Position numbers and translations under genes: made by a program. From a virus, in IMG/VR virus record IMGVR_UViG_3300023179_000086, positions 9,400 to 73,399 of that record: a stretch of 64,000 bases of DNA; one strand, 5' to 3'. Under the pieces are notes generated by a model, which ran no database searches, had not been told where the DNA came from, and saw nothing but the letters and a program-made list of their open reading frames with translations. Shown here piece by piece: positions 9,122-19,891 of this stretch; within the stretch, counting starts at the first letter, position 1; each line of letters starts with the position of its first letter.

Positions 9122-10195
9122 ATGCCTAAGTTCATTACAGTGTTTGAAGGTCAGTATTTAGATAAGCCCATTCCTCATGGTACAAAGTTTCAAATTCACC
9201 AAGCGGGACAACGAGAAAATGAATGGGTTGTTCTTAACAAAGACCGTTTGTTGGTGAAAGCAAGCGGTAAAATTTCGGAGAAACCTACTATCGTGGTATC
9301 TCAAGGTCAAGTAACAGAAAACGGTGCAGTAACTGTTCCAAAAAAACAAGTAGTAAAATTTACTGCAGATGAGCATATCGATACAAAACCTGAGCCTACT
9401 GATGAACAAATTAAGCAGTGGTTCAGAGAAGATTTTGAGAATCTTGAAGAACATATTGAAGATATGTTACGTGGTGAAGAAAAAGGTGGTTTATTCATTT
9501 GCGGTGGGGGTGGTAGTGGAAAAACCTATATTGTAGAGCAAGTGCTAGATCGTTACTCTACTTTTACTAATGTTGGTGGTACACGTGAGCGATTCCAAAT
9601 CATACGTGGTTCGTTGGGTGATTCGCCTGTACACCTTTACAAGATTCTGTTTGAAGGTAGTGATTCAAATTATATTACTGTTTTTGATGACTGTGACGCA
9701 ATTTTCTTTAACCCTGAAATGCTTAATTTGCTTAAAGCAGCACTAGCAACTACGGGTGAACGTCGAATCAATATTCGTTCTAATAGTGCTCAGTTGCGTC
9801 GAGAAGATATTCCTGAAAGTTTTGTGTTCAAGGGTAATCTAATCTTTATTACCAACCTTGACCTTAACAAGATGCGTGATTCTAACCTTAAGAATCACTT
9901 GCAAGCGATGGAAACACGTTGGAAGTCTATTGAAGTACAGTGTTCTTCACCAAGACACATTGTGCTACGTGCAAAACAATTGCATGAAGATTTGCGTAAT
10001 GAAGGTGGATTCTTTGCTAATTTTGCCTTAGATAATGAACAAGTTGATGAATTGTTTGCCTATATTGAACAAAATGCAACTAAGTTTAAATCGTTTAGTT
10101 TGAGAACTTTTGTATATGTTGCTGATTACATGGTTCGTAAGGGTAATCGTTGGAAACAAGTTGTTGAGCGTACATTGATGTATAAAGATCGCTGA
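9122..10195 (+). CDS. AAA+ P-loop ATPase
   Basis: Walker A GGGGSGKT, Walker B VFDDCD, sensor IFITN. Confidence 0.85.
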   Translation: MPKFITVFEGQYLDKPIPHGTKFQIHQAGQRENEWVVLNKDRLLVKASGKISEKPTIVVSQGQVTENGAVTVPKKQVVKFTADEHIDTKPEPTDEQIKQWFREDFENLEEHIEDMLRGEEKGGLFICGGGGSGKTYIVEQVLDRYSTFTNVGGTRERFQIIRGSLGDSPVHLYKILFEGSDSNYITVFDDCDAIFFNPEMLNLLKAALATTGERRINIRSNSAQLRREDIPESFVFKGNLIFITNLDLNKMRDSNLKNHLQAMETRWKSIEVQCSSPRHIVLRAKQLHEDLRNEGGFFANFALDNEQVDELFAYIEQNATKFKSFSLRTFVYVADYMVRKGNRWKQVVERTLMYKDR

Positions 10196-10214
10196 TTATC
10201 TCCTGTAGTAATTT

Positions 10215-10246
10215 GGAGTAATTGGGAAACCGATTACTCCTTTTTT
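10215..10246 (+). terminator. intrinsic terminator
   Basis: GGAGTAATTGG-GAAA-CCGATTACTCC-TTTTTT. Confidence 0.9.
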
Positions 10247-10295
10247 ATTGACAATGCACAAATTAGTATTATAATGATTATAAATATATAAACAC

Positions 10296-11753
10296 ATGCC
10301 TACTGCAAAAATTATTGTAAAAGATGAAGTCAACGTAAAAATAGAAGGTCTTCATTTAGATGACAGGAAAACCTTAGTAAAACGATTTGAGTACGAAATC
10401 CCAGGTGCTCGCTACATACCCTCGGTAAAATTAGGTCGTTGGAATGGTAAAGTATCATATTTTCAATTAGGTGGAAGCACTTATATAAATTTACTTGAGC
10501 AAATAATACCGTATCTTGAAGAACAGGGATATGATATTGAATTAAATGACATACGTGATTATCATAGCTCATTTGATTTTAATCAGATTAATAAAAATAC
10601 TTTTTCACATTATTTGTGGCCTATAAAGCACCCTAAGGCTAATGAACCTATAGTATTACGTGATTATCAGGTTGAAATAACAAATCAATTTCTATCTAAT
10701 CCACAATGTGTACAAGAAATTGCAACAGGTGCGGGAAAAACTTTGATTACAGCAGCACTAAGTTATAGTTGCGAAGCGTTTGGTAGAACTTTAGTAATTG
10801 TTCCTAATAAATCATTAGTAACGCAGACTGAAGAAGATTATAGAAATTTAGGTTTAGACGTTGGTGTATATTTTGGTGATCGTAAAGAAATTGGACATCA
10901 GCATACCATATGTACGTGGCAAAGTTTAAACAACATTATTAAGAATACTTCTGATGGGGTTAGTGAATTTACAATAGATGAATTTATTGAAGGTGTTGTT
11001 GCATTGATTATTGATGAGTGCCATATGGCTAAAGCTGATGTATTAAAGTCAATGTTAAGTGGATGTATGGCTAAAATTTCAATACGATGGGGATTAACGG
11101 GTACTATACCAAAAGAAAAGTTTGCGTCGGAAGCGTTGTTAACATGTATCGGTCCTGTTATCAATAAGTTAGCGGCAACTGATTTGCAGGATCGTGGGGT
11201 ATTAGCTAATTGTCATGTACATGTTATGCAGTTACAAGATCATTCTGAATTTAAAAACTATCAAAGTGAATTAAAATATTTGTTAGAACAAGAAAATAGG
11301 TTAGATACTATTGCAAATATTATTGACAAAGTTAAAGAAAGTGGTAATACTTTGATATTAGTTGATCGTATTACTGCGGGTAAAGAGTTGGTAAAACGAT
11401 TACCAAATTCGGTATTTGTCAATGGTAGTACAAGTAATAAAAAGCGTAAAAAAGAATATGAAGAAGTTGCAATACAAGATGAAAAAATTATTGTAGCTAC
11501 TTATGGTGTAGCGGCAGTGGGTATTAATATTCCTAGGATTTTTAATTTAGTGTTTATTGAGCCTGGGAAGAGTTTTGTACGTGTTATACAAAGTATAGGG
11601 CGTGGTTTGCGCAAAGCTGAAGACAAAGATTTTGTGCAAATATGGGATATTACTTCGAGTTGTAGATTTTCAAAACGTCATTTGACTCAACGAAAAACAT
11701 TTTACAAAGAAGCTAATTACCCATTTACTATTGAAAAGTTTAATTACAAATGA
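10296..11753 (+). CDS. uvsW: SF2 DNA helicase, UvsW-like
   Basis: LRDYQ, ATGAGKT, DECH, GLTGT, QSIGRGLR. Confidence 0.9.
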   Translation: MPTAKIIVKDEVNVKIEGLHLDDRKTLVKRFEYEIPGARYIPSVKLGRWNGKVSYFQLGGSTYINLLEQIIPYLEEQGYDIELNDIRDYHSSFDFNQINKNTFSHYLWPIKHPKANEPIVLRDYQVEITNQFLSNPQCVQEIATGAGKTLITAALSYSCEAFGRTLVIVPNKSLVTQTEEDYRNLGLDVGVYFGDRKEIGHQHTICTWQSLNNIIKNTSDGVSEFTIDEFIEGVVALIIDECHMAKADVLKSMLSGCMAKISIRWGLTGTIPKEKFASEALLTCIGPVINKLAATDLQDRGVLANCHVHVMQLQDHSEFKNYQSELKYLLEQENRLDTIANIIDKVKESGNTLILVDRITAGKELVKRLPNSVFVNGSTSNKKRKKEYEEVAIQDEKIIVATYGVAAVGINIPRIFNLVFIEPGKSFVRVIQSIGRGLRKAEDKDFVQIWDITSSCRFSKRHLTQRKTFYKEANYPFTIEKFNYK

Positions 11754-12250
11754 ATATATTATTATTAGATGATACAAAATTTAATTTAGAAAATTTACCT
11801 GAAGAGATTGATGATTTAAGATTTGCTATATTGGATAATAGTAATCCTAATGCAGTAGACTATTTTTTTATTCCATTAATTTTTTTAGAGTCATTTAATA
11901 GTCCTGCTTTAGTATTGCGTATTGACGATCAAATTATTAAAATGCCATTAGATTGGCAAATATTAATAGGTGAACCTGAGTTTGGTGATCTTGAAACTGT
12001 ACCATTAACTAGTATTAATGATCGTGGATTTAAAGCATTTCAATTTAATCCTATTAGTGGGTTTAGACCAACTTTTCTTAATATTGAAATCATTGATATT
12101 TACCATGATGTTACATGGTTTGCTCCACGATTAAAAAATGGACAATTCTTATGCGTACCAATTGATGAAGATAGTAAACCACGGTGTATTTATTTTGTCA
12201 AAGAAATTAGTCGTAATAGTGAAATTGTAGATTATAAACAGGCATTTTAA
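11750..12250 (+). CDS. hypothetical phage protein
   Basis: ATGA overlap with helicase; 166 aa, beta-rich. Confidence 0.8.
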   Translation: MNILLLDDTKFNLENLPEEIDDLRFAILDNSNPNAVDYFFIPLIFLESFNSPALVLRIDDQIIKMPLDWQILIGEPEFGDLETVPLTSINDRGFKAFQFNPISGFRPTFLNIEIIDIYHDVTWFAPRLKNGQFLCVPIDEDSKPRCIYFVKEISRNSEIVDYKQAF

Positions 12251-12450
12251 TGAGTAAACAATTAGATCCAACAGCAATCAAAATGGAAACTATGATGACC
12301 ATTATTGATACAACACTTTTAAATTTAGAAAGTCCGACTGAACAACTTATGTTAGCATGTGCAATGTTACAACGTACTAAAGAAATATTTGACCATATCT
12401 TAGGTATAGAAGGATCTAAAAAAATGTTTCAGGACATTGTAGATAAATGA
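12250..12450 (+). CDS. hypothetical protein
   Basis: TAATG overlap. Confidence 0.75.
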   Translation: MSKQLDPTAIKMETMMTIIDTTLLNLESPTEQLMLACAMLQRTKEIFDHILGIEGSKKMFQDIVDK

Positions 12451-12680
12451 AGCAAATTAGTGCTTTTGATTTTTATGTGTATGTTGAGCGTTATTATACA
12501 GAAATTGAGTCCTATACTTTATACATACTTAAACCTAATTGTGAATTCAATTATTTAGGTAAGTATATTATAGTAACAGCAGAAATTAGTAATTTATGGT
12601 ATATTGAAAGAAAATATTACATGATTGATTCGGACGAAGAGCTTACTTTTTTTAGACTAAAGCAAGACTATTATGAATAA
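12447..12680 (+). CDS. hypothetical protein
   Basis: ATGA overlap. Confidence 0.7.
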   Translation: MKQISAFDFYVYVERYYTEIESYTLYILKPNCEFNYLGKYIIVTAEISNLWYIERKYYMIDSDEELTFFRLKQDYYE

Positions 12681-13257
12681 ATCTGATACTAAATTTCAAA
12701 ATATAGATCTTGATGTATTCAAAGTACTTGAGGCATTAGATCGTAAAGACTATGATTATTTTGATAAATTAACTACAGAGCAGCAAAATGCATTTATTGG
12801 ACAATCTTTTACATTATTGACTTGGATGAGTTGTATTAAAAATAGTGGTGAATTAGGTAAGTATTATGTGTTAGTTACAGAAGAATTAGCTAACAAACAT
12901 TTTTTTAATGAGCATATTCGTTCACATCCCAAGTTACAATGGTTATTATTATGTACTATCAGTCCAAACATGGGTAAGCAATATCATGAATATATACCTA
13001 GATTAGGAAATAAAATTTCTAATTTAACAGAACCTCCTGATAAAGGTATGTGGAAAAGATATCTGACAAAGATTTATAAAAATGTTAACGCAAAAGATAT
13101 TGATGAATGTGCAATAGAGTTAAGTGAAAACTATGGAATTAAATACAAATTAGCTAAGTTATTCCCTAATATGAAGATATCAGATATTGATGTATTAAGT
13201 AAAATGGTTACAGAAAAGGAAATATTAAATTATGAACGACAATGCGGTAAGCTGTGA
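12673..13257 (+). CDS. possible clamp-loader small subunit (gp62-like)
   Basis: Size, replication context and HPKLQWLLL..GKQYHEYI loosely recall gp62; function tentative. Confidence 0.5.
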   Translation: MNKSDTKFQNIDLDVFKVLEALDRKDYDYFDKLTTEQQNAFIGQSFTLLTWMSCIKNSGELGKYYVLVTEELANKHFFNEHIRSHPKLQWLLLCTISPNMGKQYHEYIPRLGNKISNLTEPPDKGMWKRYLTKIYKNVNAKDIDECAIELSENYGIKYKLAKLFPNMKISDIDVLSKMVTEKEILNYERQCGKL

Positions 13258-13915
13258 GTACTGCAATAAATCATTTATTAAACAAGGATCATTTTTAACT
13301 CATTTATGTGAACCAAAAAGACGTTGGATGGATCGTGATATGCCTACTAACAGAACTGCATATAGTGCATGGAAATATTATTTTTCAAAGCATCATCCTA
13401 ATATGAAATCAATTGAATATCAAGATTTTATAAAAAATTATTATTATAATAGTTTTATGAAGTTTGCAGAATATTGCATTAATATTAAAGTTGTTAATAT
13501 TATATTATTTCTTGATTATTTGGTATCGCATAAAGCACCAATAAATAAATGGTGTAATGATACACATTATTCTAAGTTTTTATTACAATATTTAAAATTA
13601 GAAGATATTAACGATGCTTTTAGACGTAGTATTCGAACTATAGAACAAATGTGTGAGGAAGAAAATATTCAAGTTAAAGATGCTTTTAAATATTTAAATG
13701 GTAATAGGTTGTGTCAAAAGATATATCAAGGATCGATAAGTCCATGGGTTTTATATAATTCCAATAGTGCAATAGATTTTTTGCATAATTTAAATGAAGA
13801 TCAAGTTAGGATTATATACGATATCATTAATCCTGATATATGGAAATTAAAATTATTTAGAGAACAAGATAAAACAGGACATGTTAAAGGATTATTAAAA
13901 GATTATAATTTATGA
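13232..13915 (+). CDS. protein with N-terminal zinc finger
   Basis: CEYCNKSF..FLTHLC. Confidence 0.75.
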   Translation: MNDNAVSCEYCNKSFIKQGSFLTHLCEPKRRWMDRDMPTNRTAYSAWKYYFSKHHPNMKSIEYQDFIKNYYYNSFMKFAEYCINIKVVNIILFLDYLVSHKAPINKWCNDTHYSKFLLQYLKLEDINDAFRRSIRTIEQMCEEENIQVKDAFKYLNGNRLCQKIYQGSISPWVLYNSNSAIDFLHNLNEDQVRIIYDIINPDIWKLKLFREQDKTGHVKGLLKDYNL

Positions 13916-14535
13916 AATTCAACAGTGATATTGACATTGATTTTGGTGATAGGTCTAAGATATTAAATCATATTAAACATATTTCTGCGCACTTAAAAGT
14001 AGACCAAAAATTAAGAAAACATCCAACGGGAATTTATGTTACTAAAATACCATATGATCCTATAAATGATTGGTCTTCATTAAATTATCATGAAGCAGAA
14101 AATCGTGGCTATTTAAAATTAGATTTATTAAATGTATGGATATATAAGTTTGTTCGTGATGAAGATCATTTAAGTGAATTGATGAAAGAGCCTAATTGGG
14201 CTAATCTAAAAAACAAAGAATATTTTAGTAAATTAATTCATATTGGTAATCATTACGATGTTATGATAAAAATGCCACAAGAAATTAATTCAATACCAAG
14301 AATGGCGATGTTTTTGTCGGTTATTAGACCTGGGAAACGGCAGTTAATTGGTCAACCATGGAATGAAGTAGCAAAAACAGTATGGTTGCGTGAAAATGAT
14401 GTTTATGCATTTAAAAAATCTCATAGTATTGCATATGCACATTTAGTTGTTGTGCATATGAATTTGATTGATGAGTTAGGGATACATGCGTTTGACAAGA
14501 GTAATACTTCGTCGCTTGATTCTACGTTTACCTAA
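13912..14535 (+). CDS. dnaE: minimal or split DNA polymerase III alpha-like catalytic fragment
   Basis: SDIDIDF, KHPTGIY, YLKLDLLN, IRPG and YAFKKSHSIAYA in 207 aa. Confidence 0.8.
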   Translation: MKFNSDIDIDFGDRSKILNHIKHISAHLKVDQKLRKHPTGIYVTKIPYDPINDWSSLNYHEAENRGYLKLDLLNVWIYKFVRDEDHLSELMKEPNWANLKNKEYFSKLIHIGNHYDVMIKMPQEINSIPRMAMFLSVIRPGKRQLIGQPWNEVAKTVWLRENDVYAFKKSHSIAYAHLVVVHMNLIDELGIHAFDKSNTSSLDSTFT

Positions 14536-14856
14536 TTCACTAATACTTATGGTCGGACCATGAATAATCACTAAGGATTTATTATTAAATGTTCTTAAAT
14601 ATTGTTTGAATGGTTGCCATTCTTCTTTTAAAAAAATATTTATTGGTATAAGACGGTTACTTTCCCACCACCAAACATCACCAAGTTCTAAAAAAAGCTT
14701 TTTAAGTTCTTGTTCGATGATTGCTCCGTAATCATAAAAGGTAGTAATGTCATCATCTTTATTTTGGACGACTCCAATATACTCTTGACCTGCATATGAG
14801 CAAACTGTGATAAAAGGATGGTTTGCACTCAATTTTTTTAAAAAATCTGAAGACAT
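14476..14856 (-). CDS. hypothetical phage protein
   Basis: 126 aa, WWWESNRLIPINIFLK; minus-strand TATAAATA near 14907. Confidence 0.75.
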   Translation of the reverse strand: MSSDFLKKLSANHPFITVCSYAGQEYIGVVQNKDDDITTFYDYGAIIEQELKKLFLELGDVWWWESNRLIPINIFLKEEWQPFKQYLRTFNNKSLVIIHGPTISISELGKRRIKRRSITLVKRMYP

Positions 14857-14882
14857 AAATATAATATAAAGGAACCTTTAAC

Positions 14883-15764
14883 GTGGCTGCATATCAAACG
14901 CAAATGTATTTATATAATCAACGACAATATGTAGTTTTATTAAGTTCAGTAGGAAGTATTGCAACAAGGAGATATAGTACAGTGTATGCTAAACAATTAA
15001 TGCTTAACCGTGGTGTAGATAATGTTTTAGAATTTGCGTTTATAAATCAAGACCAAAAACCTGTTAATTTATCAGGAAAATATTTATATTTCCGAGTAAT
15101 CAACAATAACGGCACTGAATTAATCTTAACTAAACAACTTACGCCAAATTTACCTGTAACAGGTATATTTAATTTAGAATTATCAATTTCTGAAGTAAAT
15201 TTGATTAACCCACAATATTGCTTCTATACTATTGAACTGACCAATACACCATGGGTTAACACAGATACTTCAGGATCGGCTGTATTTACGAATGCTACAG
15301 GTATGGCTAGAGGTGATTTAATTGTGGTTGATAGTATTTTTCCTGTAGTGATTCCTGCATTAGACGTAACTATACCTACACACCCTAAACCAACACAAGG
15401 AAATGCTATGCAAGGTGGTAATAGTACTCAACCTCAACCAAAAACGTATTACAGCAGTGAGATAAAGAATGAGGATACGCAAACATTAACTATTCAATAT
15501 AGGATTGAAGAATTTTGTGGTAATATTACAATAGAGGGTAGTAACATTGCTGATTTTACACGTAGTTATGCAATTGGAAACACCATAGTTTATGGTAACG
15601 CCAATGCATTGCCGTATCCTACGGGTGAAACTTTAACAATTGGAACTACAGTGACGGGATATCATCCTTATGTAAGGTTAGCCATACAGAATTATGGAAG
15701 CGGACCTCCTGAGACTAATCAACAGTACCTTAAAGGTGATGTAGTAAAAATTTTGGCTAGATGA
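14883..15764 (+). CDS. probable virion structural protein
   Basis: RGVDNVLEFAFINQDQKPVNL, beta-rich T/N/G composition. Confidence 0.65.
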   Translation: MAAYQTQMYLYNQRQYVVLLSSVGSIATRRYSTVYAKQLMLNRGVDNVLEFAFINQDQKPVNLSGKYLYFRVINNNGTELILTKQLTPNLPVTGIFNLELSISEVNLINPQYCFYTIELTNTPWVNTDTSGSAVFTNATGMARGDLIVVDSIFPVVIPALDVTIPTHPKPTQGNAMQGGNSTQPQPKTYYSSEIKNEDTQTLTIQYRIEEFCGNITIEGSNIADFTRSYAIGNTIVYGNANALPYPTGETLTIGTTVTGYHPYVRLAIQNYGSGPPETNQQYLKGDVVKILAR

Positions 15765-15810
15765 TTTAATTTATTTCATTTATTATTTTTTTGTGTCATA
15801 ATAGTGACGC

Positions 15811-16791
15811 ATGAATAAAATCATTGATAAAACTCTTTTTTACTATTTGCAGCGCAAAACCAAACGTTCGACGGGCGGATGGATAAGCACTAACGCCGTT
15901 TGTTGTCATCATCGTGGGCATAGACCTGATAGAAGAATGCGTGGTGGGTTAATTTACTCTGATGACAAGCTAAGTTATTCTTGTTTCAACTGTCAATTTA
16001 AATGTGGTTATTCTGTTGGTAAACTTTTTTCGTCTAATTTTAAGTTGTTTTTAAATTGGATTGGTATGGATGAAAAAGAAATACAACAGTTAGCATTTGA
16101 TGCGATGAAATCACGTGATACTAGTTTATTAATAAATAATTCAATATCAAACGAAGTTAATTTTAAAGAATATAATTTACCTCCCGATGCTATTCGACTT
16201 AATAAACATGATGAATCGCATTATAAATATATAGAATTTTTGTCAAATCGTGGGTTTTCATGTGATGATTATCCATTTTATATTACTCCAAATTCTACAT
16301 TAAGAGAAAAAGATAGAATCATTATACCATATTATTACGACAAAAAACTTGTTGGATATACAAGCAGATATTGCGATCATCGTAAACCTAAGTATATTTC
16401 TGAGCAGCAATCAGGATATGTTTTTAATATTGATGAGCAAGATCCAAGTTGGCAAATATGTATTGTTGTAGAAGGACAATTTGATGCATTAGCAATTGGT
16501 GGGTGTGCAATTATGTCAAACAATGTAAGCGAAAAACAGTCTTGGGTATTGAAAAAACTAAAAAGAAAAATAATATATGTTCCTGATCGTGATTTAGCAG
16601 GTATGGAAGGTATTCAATCTGCATTAGAATATGGATATGAAGTAAGCATACCACCTTATTGGGATCGTTCTATTAAAGATGTTAATGATGCGGTAATAAA
16701 GTACGGTCGTTTTCCTACGTTGTTAAGTATAATACAGCATGCTACAACAAGTGCTGCTAAAATTAAAATTTATAAAGATAAAATATTGTGA
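15811..16791 (+). CDS. dnaG: DNA primase (gp61/DnaG-like)
   Basis: Zn-binding CCH..CFNC, RIIIP, KY, Toprim VEGQFDA, PDRDLAG, KDVND. Confidence 0.9.
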   Translation: MNKIIDKTLFYYLQRKTKRSTGGWISTNAVCCHHRGHRPDRRMRGGLIYSDDKLSYSCFNCQFKCGYSVGKLFSSNFKLFLNWIGMDEKEIQQLAFDAMKSRDTSLLINNSISNEVNFKEYNLPPDAIRLNKHDESHYKYIEFLSNRGFSCDDYPFYITPNSTLREKDRIIIPYYYDKKLVGYTSRYCDHRKPKYISEQQSGYVFNIDEQDPSWQICIVVEGQFDALAIGGCAIMSNNVSEKQSWVLKKLKRKIIYVPDRDLAGMEGIQSALEYGYEVSIPPYWDRSIKDVNDAVIKYGRFPTLLSIIQHATTSAAKIKIYKDKIL

Positions 16792-18176
16792 AATTAGACT
16801 ATACAAAAGATATACAGCAATTTTTCTTATCAATGATGATTACTGAACCTAATCTGTTTATTCGTGTTCAAAACATATTAAATGCAGAAAATTTTGATCG
16901 TTCATTAAAAGATACAGTAAAGTTTATTATTGATTTTGCCAATAAATATCATGTTGTACCTGATCCTGAAAAAATTAAGCTCACAACAGATATAGAATTA
17001 ACAAAAATTGTTGATTTACGAGAACAAGATATTGAATGGTTTTTTGATGAATTTGAAAAATTTACACGAAAACAAGAATTAGAACGTGCAATTTTAAAAA
17101 GCGCAGATTTACTTGAAAAAGGTAATTATGATCCTGTAGAAAAAATTATTAAAGACGCAGTACAAATTAGTCTTACTAAGGATTTAGGCACTGATTATTT
17201 TGCTGATCCAAAAGGACGATTATTAGCAATTAAACAAAATAATGGACAAACGAGTACAGGGTGGCCTTGTCTTGATAATAAGTTATATGGTGGGTTTAAT
17301 CGTGGTGAATTACAGTTATTTTTAGGTGGATCAGGGTCGGGTAAATCATTATTTATGCAAAATCTTGCGGTGAATTGGGTTCGTGCAGGATTAAATGGGG
17401 TATACATCACTTTAGAACTTGCTGAAAATTTATGTGCATGGCGAATTGATAGTATGATGACAGATATTGCAACAAAAGAAATTTTTAAACAAATTGATGA
17501 TGTTGAACTAAAAATTAAAATGGCACAGAAAAAATCAGGTAAATTATTTTTAAAATATTTACCTGCTCAAAGTAATATCAATGATATACGTTCATATTGT
17601 CAAGAATTACAGGTGCAAACTGAAAAGAAGATAGATTTTCTGTGTATTGATTATATGGATTTATTAATGCCTGTATCAGTTAAAATCAATGCTAGTGATT
17701 TATTTACTAAGGATAAATTTGTAAGTGAAGAACTTAGAAATTTTGCAAAAGAATTAAATGTAATATTTGTAACTGCTAGTCAATTAAATCGTTCTGCGGT
17801 AGAAGAAGTAGAATTTGATCATAGTCATATTAGTGGTGGTATTAGTAAAATCAATACTTCGGATAATGTATTTGGTATTTTTACAAGTAGAAATATGCGT
17901 GAGCGTGGTCAATATCAGTTACAGTTAATGAAAACAAGAAGTAGTAGTGGTGTGGGACAGAAAATTAATTTAAAATTTAATGTCGAAACTTTAAGAATAT
18001 ATGATGACGAATCAGATGAAGAGCATACTACAGCATCATCTATTTTAGAACAGATTAAAGTTGGTAGTAATATTGTTCCAACTAACGTGGAGAATGAAAT
18101 AAAACCATCTCCTGTTGCAGATTTAAGTAGTAACTTGAAAGCTAAACTGCAACATTTTCGTAACATTTCCTCTTAA
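16788..18176 (+). CDS. dnaB: replicative helicase (gp41/DnaB-like)
   Basis: GGSGSGKS, YITLE, IDYMDL, TASQLNR, KTR. Confidence 0.92.
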   Translation: MKLDYTKDIQQFFLSMMITEPNLFIRVQNILNAENFDRSLKDTVKFIIDFANKYHVVPDPEKIKLTTDIELTKIVDLREQDIEWFFDEFEKFTRKQELERAILKSADLLEKGNYDPVEKIIKDAVQISLTKDLGTDYFADPKGRLLAIKQNNGQTSTGWPCLDNKLYGGFNRGELQLFLGGSGSGKSLFMQNLAVNWVRAGLNGVYITLELAENLCAWRIDSMMTDIATKEIFKQIDDVELKIKMAQKKSGKLFLKYLPAQSNINDIRSYCQELQVQTEKKIDFLCIDYMDLLMPVSVKINASDLFTKDKFVSEELRNFAKELNVIFVTASQLNRSAVEEVEFDHSHISGGISKINTSDNVFGIFTSRNMRERGQYQLQLMKTRSSSGVGQKINLKFNVETLRIYDDESDEEHTTASSILEQIKVGSNIVPTNVENEIKPSPVADLSSNLKAKLQHFRNISS

Positions 18177-18195
18177 TTTAGATAAATACTGTATC

Positions 18196-18444
18196 ATGGA
18201 AAAAAAGACTCGCAGTTTACTAGAAGAGTTAGAAATACTTAGTAAAAATCGTGATACAAAACATATCATTGAAAATCGTGCTAATAGTATTATAACTAGT
18301 GCAATACACTTGTTAGAAGTTATTGAACGTAATTTTACTGCAGAACAAGCACAAATATTAGAAAAAAAACTATTAGTTGCAATTAAAAATCGTGATAATA
18401 ATAAATTTTTAAGAAGCTTAAGAAAGAATTCAGATCATGAATAA
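18196..18444 (+). CDS. hypothetical late protein
   Basis: GATAAATA upstream; MEKKTRSLLEEL. Confidence 0.8.
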   Translation: MEKKTRSLLEELEILSKNRDTKHIIENRANSIITSAIHLLEVIERNFTAEQAQILEKKLLVAIKNRDNNKFLRSLRKNSDHE

Positions 18445-19333
18445 AGTTCATGAAAATTACGCTTACGCCGCACTTAAGAGAGATTTAACACAATTTGACC
18501 CTAATCAGGCTAAAGTAAGAAATGCTCAAATTAAAGCTAAAATTGATGCTGCTTTAAAAGCTTATCCGAATTGGGCTAAAACACAAAGAAGTATAACACC
18601 GCAACAACCCACTCAAGCTCAGCCTACTCAAGCTCAGCCTACTCAAGCTCAACCCATTCAAGCTCAACCCACTCAAGCTCAATTAGTTCAACCAAAAATT
18701 CAACAAACTCCAACTTCCTTGCCAAATTATGCTGAAAAACGTGCTGCCGCTGCTCAAAAAGCACAAGCAGATATACAAAGAGGTCCATTGCCCCCAGGCG
18801 ATTACAATACAAAAATGGCTGATTTGCTTAAAAGAAGGCAATCGCAAGGCATGACCGAAAGTAAATTTTCTAAGCTATATCGTTTATTAGAATCTGCAAT
18901 TGCCGAACAAGAAGACGATAGAGGAAGTTTTACTGAATATTTAAAAAATGTTATTAAAATGGATTTTGAATCTAATCCTGAAATATCAGTAGATGCAATT
19001 AAAATTGACAATTTATTTAAATCAAATAAACCTAATGAAGCATATGCGGTAGCTAGAAATTTACTTGATAAACATTACAAACAACAATATACATCTAAAT
19101 CAAATGGAATTTCTAGTGGTATTTCTTCAGCTTCAACTGAAAATTCTAGATTAAATAGAATTGTTCAAAATATTCAAAGTGGTATTTTAGATCAAAATGA
19201 TTTAAATGAAATTATAATGCAATCATTAATTAGATTAAAAACCAAATTTCCTGAAAATTATTCTAATATAGTTAGTGATATTAAAGGTGCACTTCGTAAT
19301 TTTGAAACATCAATTTCTCAAAACGTAAAATAA
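18437..19333 (+). CDS. hypothetical protein with QPTQA repeats
   Basis: 298-aa ORF with Gln/Pro linker. Confidence 0.8.
   Translation: MNKVHENYAYAALKRDLTQFDPNQAKVRNAQIKAKIDAALKAYPNWAKTQRSITPQQPTQAQPTQAQPTQAQPIQAQPTQAQLVQPKIQQTPTSLPNYAEKRAAAAQKAQADIQRGPLPPGDYNTKMADLLKRRQSQGMTESKFSKLYRLLESAIAEQEDDRGSFTEYLKNVIKMDFESNPEISVDAIKIDNLFKSNKPNEAYAVARNLLDKHYKQQYTSKSNGISSGISSASTENSRLNRIVQNIQSGILDQNDLNEIIMQSLIRLKTKFPENYSNIVSDIKGALRNFETSISQNVK
18605..18679 (+). repeat. 15-bp coding tandem repeat, five copies
   Basis: CA(A/G)CC(C/T)A(C/T)TCAAGCT units encoding QPTQA. Confidence 0.9.
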
Positions 19334-19415
19334 AATATCCTAATATATTATTTTTTAAATTTAATGATAAATAAAAGTATAGCCTATAAAGCTTAAAACA
19401 TTAAGGAGAAAGAAA

Positions 19416-19817
19416 ATGGCAGGTTTTACAAGAGTTAATGGTGATTTTAAACCCGTAGCAGTATTTGATGATGGTACAGGTAATGCGTATACTAATAGTA
19501 ATGGTAACGTAAATGCAATGACAAGTGGAGTACCCGTACAACCACAGGGTCCTGCTCTTGAGTTTTTCACAATTACAGGTAATGGTTCACAGATTGCTGA
19601 TTATGCAACAGCAGTATTTCAGTCAATTGAGCAATTAGCTACAATTCATTTGTATGAGTACACAAATTCAACAGATGACACATTAGCAATTGCTGTATAT
19701 CCTGTACGTGCATGGACAACAAGCACATTAGATACAGCTATTACAAATGGTATTCAGGCAGCGAATAGCAGCTTTACAGCTAATATTGCAGTTGCAAACG
19801 GTGCGACATTTAGTTAA
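19416..19817 (+). CDS. probable abundant virion protein
   Basis: GATAAATA promoter motif, TAAGGAG RBS, own terminator, A/T/N/G-rich protein. Confidence 0.75.
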   Translation: MAGFTRVNGDFKPVAVFDDGTGNAYTNSNGNVNAMTSGVPVQPQGPALEFFTITGNGSQIADYATAVFQSIEQLATIHLYEYTNSTDDTLAIAVYPVRAWTTSTLDTAITNGIQAANSSFTANIAVANGATFS

Positions 19818-19846
19818 TTAATATAATATTATATAATATGCACACT

Positions 19847-19872
19847 AGCCCCGATTTTTATCGGGGCTTTTT
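19847..19872 (+). terminator. intrinsic terminator
   Basis: AGCCCCGAT-TTTT-ATCGGGGCT-TTTT. Confidence 0.9.
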
Positions 19873-19891
19873 ATTGGTATTAAATATCAAT

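Noticed and set aside
18605-18679. CRISPR array, here or at 5036-5099
   Set aside because: Repeats are contiguous in-frame coding units with no spacers; no cas genes in the window.
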